Shown: one piece after another, positions 25,701 through 36,649 of the stretch
Layout: each line of letters begins with the position of its first letter
How positions within the stretch are numbered: position 1 is the first letter of the stretch
Assembly (NCBI GenBank): GCA_020137815.1
Contig: CM035356.1
Location: forward strand, 1,860,001 to 1,924,000
Reading direction: 5' to 3'
Origin: Hormiphora californensis
Lineage: Eukaryota; Animalia; Ctenophora
DNA length: 64,000 bases
The notes under the pieces: generated by a model
What the model saw: only the letters and a program-made list of their open reading frames with translations
Database searches by the model: none
What the model was told of the DNA's origin: nothing
Made by a program: the position numbers and the translations under genes

Positions 25701-27950
25701 TATGTCGATTTCGTTGTCGCATAGTGTCAATATTACCATCCTTTCGCCAAACTTGCTATCTATCTGAGCACACCATATTGCTGCTGACATTGAACGTCTC
25801 AACTCCATTCAGATAAATTACGTGGGCAACCTTTCAGATAATCGAGTTGGCTTCAGGAATGTCACAATCATAATGATTATAGAATCATTTGCCGGGCAGA
25901 CCTCCCAAATTACCTGTTTCAAGAGGCTCTGGACCACACCGGTTTTGTCTGGTGAGATTGATGATCCACATGATGCAAATGGTCCTCCAGACAAACTTCG
26001 TGTGTCTTCACCATTTCGGCAATCCCAAACTCCATCACAAATCCAGTTGATTGGGACATCCTATTTCCCCCAGATACAGGGTGTTACAGTTGAGACTTCC
26101 CGATTTAGTGTTCCTCACCACAACCATTTGGTTTGTACCTCCATCTTCATCATCATTCAATATCTCGGTTTCGGATGTTTCTTGATCAGTAACTGAAGAT
26201 TCAGCGTCTGATCTTGTCTTGCTTGATGTAGTATCTCCTATAGAACATTCGATTTCGTCATCACAATAGGGACAAAAACACTTCCCATTGCATTTTTCGT
26301 CATTTGGTATTTTCATGTTGGTTCGGTATAACACGATCTGCAGACACACAACAGCTATCGTGCAAAGATCCGATGTTTGTAGTTTGCACATCAATATTTT
26401 TCTTTGCCTCACCACCTGTTGCAATCCATTTCCTTTTCGACAAGAGATCCGCTAACAAATACGGGGTTTCACTGTGTGTTAGCCTGGAAAAATTCTTAGT
26501 TTCGCAGATGAAATCGTTGCAGTCAAACCGGCCTTTAACCCTGTCGTTGGGGGACAAACTGTGACATTTTTGTGTGCACAAATCTGGGAAAACTTGGATC
26601 ATCCGGGCCAGAGATGAGAAGGATACATCACATGTGTTAGAACCGCTGCTATTTTCTCTATAAACGTCGTGGGAGTTTGGGCACCGGTATAGGTGAGGGT
26701 TAGGTAGGATTTGGTGTGAGCATCTGAAACACAAATAACCATTCTCCATTGTTGATTTGCAAAGCGTAAGGTCGAAACCACACTCCAACCAAAGTGCCCC
26801 GTTCCCGGGACAATCCTTCCATTTCACTCCAGGATCCATTGGTATGTGAAACATTAGTTAGAAAAATTATCTGTGTGTGTGAACACGTTGCTGGAGGTTA
26901 CGAAAGTGTGGAAGCCCATTCTCAAGCACATAGCAGTTTTTGTAGCCTCACTAACACCCTCACTACACACCATTCCAGTGGATATGTTCCCTAGAACACT
27001 GACCGTGACTAGTAGGTATCCTGCCATTGGTCCCTTAACGGGGAGAGACCCATCTGATGAAGAGCGGGTCGCTGGGTATACTCGACTTATCTGCGACCAA
27101 GTTGAATGTTAGATCGTTAAAACTAGCATTGGGCGCCATATCGATGCCACAGTTACGACAACAGCTTCTGTTTGGTTGGCCACTCACCCTTTCCTTTTTG
27201 TAATGGAACTCAAACCTTTGAAGCCAACGCAATGGCATAATCATTATTTTCTGCATGTCATAACTGTCAGCTGATCGGTGAGATAGGAGTTCTGAGAACC
27301 CCATCTTCTCACATGCACTCTCCAGAACTTCTATGAGAGATTCTTTTGACAACCAAAGCGTCTGAAATCGACCCCTTCCCACCTGTCGTTGGTGAGGTCG
27401 TAGGAAACCAGGAGAAGGCCCTCATAAAGACTTGAAAAGCCATCACCGTTGATGAGCCGATATGACAGCGAACTCTCGTTTATCTTGGGATAAGTATAAA
27501 ACTCAAGCCAGATGAACGGTTTTTTAAATGTGTAGGATGTATAAAATCTGTCCGGTCGAGTCAAAACCAGCCTTTTGTATGGATTCACTGCTATCAAAAC
27601 CATATAATTCAGGTTTGTATTCATAGTGTTTGTGGGTGATGAGGTTTTGGGATTTAAATTGATTCAAGGCATCATAAAGCAGTGCATCTCCATTACTGAC
27701 AGGTGTTGTTTTTATGCCTCCCTCTTTAGTAACCGTTGCCATCAGCGTTCCAACGGGAAAGTACGGCGTCTGGTAAAGTGGGCCATCTTTCAGCCAATAC
27801 ACAACGGATTGATTTCTGCAATTTAGTTGTATATGATGATTCGAAATCGCCAACGTTTGTCAGGTCAAAAGTACATCTTCTGCAATTGTATCTTCGCACA
27901 GTACCCGACAGATCATATGTTGCACTAACTGCATTCCCATATACTCCCTC
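22776..27950 (-). CDS. SRCR + multiple LDLa repeats + LGR/RXFP/GRL101-type 7TM GPCR (frameshifted, 5' end at the assembly gap)
   Basis: SRCR: YEGLLLVS..SACEKMGF. LDLa: KCNGKCFCPYCDDEIEC, CDGVWDCRNGED, VCNLVDDCGDGSDE, KCDGN(F)DCTDYSDE. TM: FGVLATGANG (TM1), ISIGDFCLGLYLIIIA (TM2), WRTGIECSLLGVISTFGSQIS (TM3), YGNAGVCL, LQRKVSMIILRDFLC (TM6), ILP(I)NSVINP(L)LY (TM7). Long acidic tail ends ..DKDIETDLFNVAK*. Confidence 0.85.
23103..23242 (-). repeat. ~33-bp coding minisatellite x4 in the GPCR C-tail (EAENANDCGAI)
   Basis: Unit GAAGCTGAAAATGCAAATGATTGTGGCGCTATA repeated about four times with indels. Confidence 0.75.
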
Positions 27951-28050
27951 NNNNNNNNNNNNNNNNNNNNNNNNNNNNNNNNNNNNNNNNNNNNNNNNNN
28001 NNNNNNNNNNNNNNNNNNNNNNNNNNNNNNNNNNNNNNNNNNNNNNNNNN
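27951..28050. other. Assembly gap (100 N)
   Basis: Run of N. Flanking sequence is indel-rich. Confidence 1.
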
Positions 28051-28298
28051 GCGAGGGGAGTTGTGAAGGTAGGTGGTGTTTTGTTATTTGGAATGTGCGG
28101 AGGAGAGGGAGCGAGAGCTAGAGGAGCAGTAGAGGAGAGGAGAGCTGATGGGAGAGCCCCGAGGAGTATTTCGAGTTCGATAGTTATCTTCTCTTTCTCT
28201 TTCTCTTCTCTTCTTGTTCTTTATCTTCTTATCTCCTTCTCTTCTCTTATCTTTCATTTCTTTTGCATTACGTTTAATTTAAACATTTTCCATTTTAG

Positions 28299-31200
28299 GT
28301 CAGCCTGGAACAGACATCGACTCTTCTCTGCATGACCAGGTAAACCATTTTCCATTCTTTAGTTTTAATTCCTTTTTGTACTAATTCAGAATTCTCTCTA
28401 CTTCACAGACCACAGTCACTTTCAACTCTCTAACTACCACCCTCTCTCTCTCTCTGCCCCCTCTCTCTGCCCTTCCTCACTACCCTTCCTTGCTCTCTCA
28501 CTGCCCCCCCCCCTCCCTCTATATCCTCCCATTGTGTCGATCATTAGTCAAGCAAGAGTTTCCTAACGCCTGAATTATACACGAGTGCAGTGGACTCTCT
28601 CCTGCCTCCTAGAGCGAGGAAGAGAGAGAGCGAGAGCTCAGAGAGAGGAGACGAGCGAGATCGAGACGGAAATCTATCCTCTCTTCTCTCTCTATCTTCT
28701 CTCTCTCTCTCTCTCCCTCCCATCTGCTCTCTCTCCTTCTATCTTACTCGCTCTTGGGTGTGCAAGAGAGGGGAAAGGACCATTAGTCCGCCTTTAGTTG
28801 CTCCTTTGTGTAAGAAAGAGAGAGAGTCAGACGGAGAAAGAGAGAGTTAGACAGAGGGAGTGAGAGTTAAGACCCCTCTCTCTCTCTGTAAGCTCGGTCT
28901 AAGCCTAGGCCCCCACGTTGCTTGTGCAGTACTTGTAGTTTCCCCACTGTACTGAGCTGTGTAGGAGATCTATAGCCAAGGTGCTGCTGCAGTAATAATT
29001 TACCTGCACTGAGTATACATATGTCACAATTATAGCTAATACAAAGATCTCGCCCGCTGATGTTACCCCGCCTGTAAGTAGTAGTTTTATCTGGTATCGA
29101 AGTTACCCCTCCCTTGCCGGCACGCGAAGAAGGTGTCTTCGATACCAATAGTTTTATTTGGTATCGAAGATACCTCACACTCTTTGCACGCCTGCAAGGG
29201 AGGGGTAACTTCGATACCAATAGTTGTATCTGATTTAGAGTGGCAATATATTTGGGACGTTATATATCACGGCTGATTGTCCTGTTTCTAGAATTGTTGT
29301 TCCTTTTTAATGTGTTTGTCCCAACTGATTCCGTTTAATTTTAGTTGGAATTTAGCGGTTGGTAGTTTAGTTGGAATAGGATAAAAACTAATTAGGAAGA
29401 CAGATCTGAGTTGAACGCATAATTAATAATAATTAGGCCGCACACATACCACGTCTTTCCTTCTCTATCTCTTTAGTCTCTCCCTCTCTCTCTCTATCTT
29501 TATTTATTATCTATCTTTCTCTCTCTTTCTCTCTATCTCTCTCTCTTTCTCTCTATCTATCTCTCTCTCTTTCTCTCTATCCATCTCTCTCTATCTCTCT
29601 TTCTATCCACTCTCAAATTCGTGTGCACGGTTTAGAAGAGCTCCGGAGGTCAAATTAGCCACACAGGCAGGAAGAAACAGAATGAGAGAATAAAACAGAA
29701 TGAGAGAATAAAACAGTGGAACAATGTCTACCACTTCTATATTATAATTCTCATTGATTTTCTTGTCTCCTCCACCAGCAGCAGTATCATGTCGTCTTCT
29801 CCACATGTCTAGTAAGTCTCTTGAACTTGATACAGTTATGATTTTGTGTAGGTGATTATTGTGGAATTCGTTTTTCTGTCAAGTTGGTTTATCTTGTTTC
29901 ATTTCGCTCGAAGTTCTGGGTTTAGAGTTGCATTGTTCATCGCACCGTCATTAATAACTGAACGAGACAATTAATCGGAACACTTTCTCTACTTTTAATT
30001 ACACTTTGTGCACCCCTCCTGTTTTCTTTTTCTTTGCTGTGTCTCGTTCTCTCCTCTTTCTACCACATTCATCCCTCTTTCTATCACATTCACTCCCCTT
30101 CCTATCTCATTCACTAACTTTTTATTTAGACAAAGCTTACACACTCAAGAATAAAAATAAGATGTCTTTCTGTCTATTTTATCTGATGTGAACTAAATTA
30201 TGTAGGAGGTTTTATAAGAACTTTGGCAGCAGGTGACCAAATTTGGCAATCAATTTCGGTTAAAAAATTGATGATTCTAGTGTTTTAGTAATCTGAGATA
30301 AATGCAATTTGAATTACTGGTAGATTTGATACGATTCTGATAGAGAAACGAGAGTAGAGGAGGAAATGCATGTACTAGAGAGAGGTAGATCTAAACACGT
30401 GTTATAAATGCATGGTCTAGTGCTAAAAGGGTTTAGTAATGTTACCCGTGCTCCAACAAGATAGAGAAAGAGAGGAGAACAAGAGGGAGAAAGAGAGACG
30501 GCTGGTGTTAATTCAAAATTGGTATACTCTGACTACAATCGCGAATCGCTGACCCTTAGCAAAGAGCATGTTGTTATGTTCTAACCCTTCCTTTATATAG
30601 AACATTAATATAGATACATAGTACAAGGGCTAATTAATGGCATTGTCCTCTTTCACCACGTCCCGTACAATCTAGAAGATCTAAAAAATCTAGAAAATCT
30701 AGATTAGTATCTAGAAAATTTAGAAAAGCTTGTCGAAGTACCCAGTTAGTTCATGCATTCGAGGGCTATAGAACATATAATGGGACCATGGTCGACTTTG
30801 TTTGATCGTCAACGATTATTCAGTAATTAAACTAAGTTTGGTCTTTCTAAATAACAGCTCCGTTCGTTAATGTGTGTCTCTCTGTAGTATGAATGACTGC
30901 CCCGTATCAATTCTCTTCCCAACCACTATTCTACTCTCTCCGTTGTATTTTCATATTTCTCCCTTCCTCGAACAGACAAAAACATCGTCTCTCTCTCTCT
31001 TCCACCCACTTGACTCACATACCACCAATCTTTGAACGACGGATTGTCTTTTTGATTGAAATTCGACCGAAATTCATCCCTCTCACAGTCGCATTGCCAA
31101 TGCTGTAGCGCGCGGTAACGTTGTTGTGAGGCAAGACCGCGGCTGGCAATTCAAAATCCCGCGCGCGGTGCCTTATTGCGCCAGGTGCTATGAACAGAGT

Positions 31201-32909
31201 TGTTTCTTTTTGTCACAAATCTCCAATGCCTCAATTTTCATACAATTATTTGTTCCACTGTTTTTTCTTACTATATCAATCATATCACAATATTTCAAAC
31301 AACTATACAAGAATAGTATCAGTTGAATTGTCTAACATAACAAGGTTTCGTGGTGTAGTGGTTATCACGTCTGCTTCACACGCAGAAGGTCGCGAGTTCG
31401 AACCTCGCCGGAACCTCTATTTTTGTAACTTTTTTATACAATTTTGGCTTTCCCCTTTCTTAATCATCTACCGGCTTTCTACACTTATTTAATCTCTCTC
31501 TCTCTCTACCTCTACCTCTACCTCTCTCTACCTCTACCTCTCTCTCTCTCTCTATATATATATATATCATCATGTTTTCATTTCAGAAGGGTCAACCAGC
31601 CGGTTTCTGGACAAAACAAGAATTATTAACTGTTGAGCACCGCTCGAAACATACAACATCAAGCTCAACACATAGCAACGCAAGTGAACTATCCCAGTCA
31701 CACTCCGCTGCAAGCTCTGGTAAGTTCCGATCCTCCCCCGTTTTACCGTCCACAAAACAAGGGCTTGAGATTTTAATTGCTCGTAAATTATGGGTTATCA
31801 AGTTGCTATGACGTCACGTTATAATGCGATATATATATACATATATAATATATATATATAGTATGAAGGAGTCATACTTTATCCCAATTCATTCTCATTT
31901 TGATCTTTGTCTACTGATGATTGGTGCCTCCTCGTGGGGCACCATGAAACATGTGTATAGACCTTAAAAACTGCTGTTGTTTTTAATTTGTATAAACTGC
32001 TCGCCGGCTAACCCCGTGCTAGAGCTCTCTGTTGATCTCGGACCAAGGGACAGGATATCTATCTTGTCATCAATCTACTAAACTCGCTATAATGCAATGC
32101 TCCCTCAATTTATTTGTGGTTGAGCTCTCTTGTGGATCTGAGGACACGTACGACGTCTGGTTTTGAGGAACAATGATCAAAATGGAATACAGATTACACA
32201 CTCCAAGAAAGGGAAATGGTTGATGTACTTTGTAACTGGGGAATCAAGAGGTCCAAGATACGAAGATGTGACGTGAAATGGAGCTACTAATTCTAACTAG
32301 GAACGTTTGACTGACTGTTTTTATGAAGGAGTCATACTTTATCCCAATTCATTCTCATTTTGATCTTTGTCTACTGATGATTGGTGCCTCCTCGTGGGGC
32401 ACCATGAAACATGTGTATAGACCTTAAAAACTGCTGTTGTTTTTAATTTGTATAAACTGCTCGCCGGCTAACCCCGTGCTAGAGCTCTCTGTTGATCTCG
32501 GACCAAGGGACAGGATATCTATCTTGTCATCAATCTACTAAACTCGCTATAATGCAATGCTCCCTCAATTTATTTGTGGTTGAGCTCTCTTGTGGATCTG
32601 AGGACACGTACGACCTCTGGTTTTGAGGAACAATGATCAAAATGGAATACAGATTACACACTCCAAGAAAGGGAAATGGTTGATGTACTTTGTAACTGGG
32701 GAATCAAGAGGTCCAAGATACGAAGATGTGACGTGAAATGGAGCTACTAATTCTAACTAGGAACGTTTGACTGACTGTTTTTATGAAGGAGTCATACTTT
32801 ATCCCAATTCATTCTCATTTTGATCTTTGTCTACTGATGATTGGTGCCTCCTCGTGGGGCACCATGAAACATGGGTATAGACCTTAAAAACGGGTGGGGG
32901 GGGGAAGGT

Positions 32910-32957
<48 letters not shown>

Positions 32958-33008
32958 GATAGAGATAGAGTGAGAGAGAGATAGAGAAGAGAGATAGAGA
33001 GAATAGAG

Positions 33009-33048
<40 letters not shown>

Positions 33049-33563
33049 TATATATTTGACTAGACAACGAGTCAAAAAAAAGTACTGTCACCTGCATTGA
33101 ATTTATCGTCTAAAGCAGTGCTGCAAAGTGTTGCAGTTACCACACCATATGTCTTCTAATAGGGAGGTGTTACTCAACAAAGTGGGAGGTGTATTTCCTA
33201 ACCCTCCTCCTCACTATAACATGTGCCAAGTTATAGTAGTAGCACTAGCAGCATTACCTGTCATCATATCTTTTCCATTCTCAGCTCTATCTTTCTTCAA
33301 CCTTCCACCTCTCTCTTCTTTCCTCCACTTCTCTTGTCACCAGTCACTCGTGTTATAATCACGATATATATCTTCCTAAAGAGTGGATGTGAGGCTCACA
33401 TTGTGGGCTTGGTGTAAGCTACTGAGTGGAGAGGATGGAAACGGTGAGGGGAGATGAAACAGGACAAGAGAGGAATGATCTCTATAGAGAGGAGCGAGCG
33501 CAATAGTACCGAGCATAAAGAAGCCGTCGATCTCCTATCGCATACGATCTCTCTCTCTCTCTC

Positions 33564-33611
<48 letters not shown>

Positions 33612-36584
33612 TCATGACTGTGTTTGTGTATTATAGCGGCCGGGAATGAGTAACGGTTGAACTGTAGCTGAGCTCCACTGTTTTAGTAGTCGGTTGAGTA
33701 CTTTGTGCCCCTTTTCTCCTTTGTATAGGGCCGGTCGTGTGGTAACTAACTTAAAGTTATTCTGCCGAAAAGTAGTTTTTGTACCCCTCAACTTTTTTCA
33801 CCGACTTAGTTTGTTGTCTGGCTTCACGAGCACAATCAGTCCGGACGAGAGGTCATGAGGTGGGACGTGCATCACATGTCAACACAAATGTTTCATGTTG
33901 TTAAAAGTTTCTCGAACGTTCTTTGTTTGTTAGATTTCATTTAACCCACCCGCCGCTCCTCTTAGAAATGAGAATTGTGAAACTCCTCCCCTTTTACCTC
34001 TTGATAGATTATAACCGCTACTTACCCAACTACTTAAGAGGGGCCACTACATAACTATGCAGTACACTTTACCAGGCATAGACAATATCAAACCGCATAG
34101 GAAAGAGCGTGCTACTCGCCTGCTGTGCTTTGTTTTAGTACTTGATATATATTCATCGTTCTCTCTCTACCAGCTACCTCTATAAATACTCTCTGTACTG
34201 GCTTGCTTTATAATTTCGAGAGTTTGAATTCGAGTGCCGTTTGAATAACATGGAATTGAGTTGTAGAGAGCAAGAGAATAGTACTGCTAGGCAGACGGGA
34301 GAGTGCAAACTGAGAGATAGTTATTGGGGAGGTCCGGGAGAGATTCTCTCCATTCCAAATATGTATATTTATTATTTATACGTTCCCTTCCTCGTATTGT
34401 TATCTTCGTGACCTTTTTTGATAGTTTTATGTCTCTCCCCTTCCTCCTTTGATCTGGCCTTTTATAGACACGCGACTTAGAGAAAGAGAGCGAGTCTGAG
34501 AATGGAATGAGAGGGGGGAATGAGAGGACCCAATCAATGATAGTTAAAGACTCAGTCTCTTTATGCGAGAAAAGGTTTCGGTTAGGCTAATTATTATCAA
34601 GAACTCATAGAGACAATTAAGAGAGCGGGAGAGGGAGAGGGAGGGAGAGAGAGAGGAAGATAGATGGGGGAGGCTTTTATCGAATGGTCCAAGTTCCATT
34701 CTATGTACTCCTATAGTATATAGGATTTGTTTTGCTCCTAATTTCCTGTTCGCTTATCGACACAGTCATATGCTCCAATAAAAAATATGGGCGGAAGACT
34801 ACAACTAATGAGAGCCTCGTCGCGAGACTCCTTTCTTGTTAGGGTTCTTTGGCGGGAGACGCTTCGAACAAACAAGGGACCCATCTTTTGTGCTGTAGTT
34901 GTACCTCTCTTACACAGATCTATGTACCATCCTTTTTGTTTAGTCGCTTGACACTGTGTCCGTGCTCCCTTTTTGCCTGAATGACATCCAATGTCTGCCT
35001 CCTATTTTTGATGATTGGAGAATGAAAGATAACTTTGTGCTTTTATTTTCGATTTTCCTCCCGCTCTTATAGTTCCTACCCCTGCAGTAGTAGTTTGAGT
35101 CGCCTAACAATGTGTCTTCAAGCAGTAGTAGTACTACCCTGAAGATGACTTTTAATTGAGGTGGAGTACTAGGAATAAGGATACCAGAGCTAGCACTCAC
35201 ACGAAAGTGTGAAACCTACAAAAGGAAGAGAGGAGAGAGAGAGGGAGACAGAGAGTGAAGAGCAGGAACTGCAGGTCGCGACTCCAAGTCTAGTAGGATT
35301 GCCTTCTCATTTCGCTAGCTGACACTATATATTCACCCACCTTCGTATGTACATGAGATGCAAATATAATTTAATGTTTGCTCTCTTTCCCTTTCCTTAT
35401 GTTATCCCGCCGATCGATCTGTCGCTTGCTTTTCTCTCATCTTTCCGCATTTTGTCTCTTACAATGTATAAACTCTTGAGTCCAGTCTCTTTACCTCATT
35501 CTTCACTACGTTTTGTCATAAACTCTCTCTTGTACTAACCTTTTGTTGTGCCATTTCATTCTCTTTCTCCATCCCCCCTCTCTCTCTCTCTCCCTTTATA
35601 TTATTTCCCTTGCGTTGTATTAGGAGTGGCACTATATCGAGTACAGTGACAGGGCGGCAAAGCATCGTTTGCTGAACGTGCTGCAAACCAATGTAAGTGG
35701 TTGACAATGGGAACAAAATACAAGATGACAACACCATATATGGTCATACCACGTGACAAACAACACCATATATGGGCATCACGTGACACACAACACCATT
35801 ATATATGGGCATCACGTGACACAGGACAGTTCTGCAAATCAATATAAATGAAAGACAATGGGAACAAGATGCGATATAGGTTTCCGACGCCCAAATCCTT
35901 TTGTTCTACTACACCTTTTTAATTGTATTATCATTGTGTTGTGGATGCAGTGACACACACACTATTTGATGGCAGCTATATTTACAGTTTTGTATCCTCC
36001 ACTCATTGCACGGTTTCACAGTCATGATCAACAATTATAGGTGTGTTTAGTTTATAGAGCTGATATTTTAGAGCTAACATGACTCCAATCTAACATATAT
36101 ATATCCTCCCTCAGGCTACTGTTCGTACGGGTGGAGTGAGATATCTACATCCCAACAGCAGCTCGTTTCAGACGGGGGAGGAGGTAGCACCCTCGGTGGA
36201 ACCCTCAACTCCAACCACCCCTCTCGCCAGGTATGTCACCCATAGCAACCACATAGCAACCACCCCTCTCGCCAGGTATGTCACCCATAGCAACCAAATA
36301 GCAACCACCCCTCTCGCCAGGTATGTCACCCATAGCAACCACATAGCAACCACCCCTCTCGCCAGGTATGCCACCCATAGTAACCACATAGCAACCACCC
36401 CATCTGTTGCTAGGTGACTGGTCCTTTCGTTCACAAGAAAGGCATAACAAGTCGTTGATACTGTAGTATATTCCGAAAGAGGGACTAGGGTGGCTGAGAG
36501 CTATGATGATTATGCATTTACATTTTACAACGACCTTGAGACCTAGCTTCTTAACCACCACCTGGTGTACTCAACAAGACCATC

Positions 36585-36649
<65 letters not shown>

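Noticed and set aside
35623-35692. Candidate cassette exon in a SPRED intron (ttag|..|gtaagt)
   Set aside because: It has a stop in the required phase, and the flanking exons join in frame without it.
36136-36417. ORF with TTPLARYVTHSNHIA repeats
   Set aside because: It is in the wrong frame relative to neighbouring exons, and the repeat is an intronic donor duplication.
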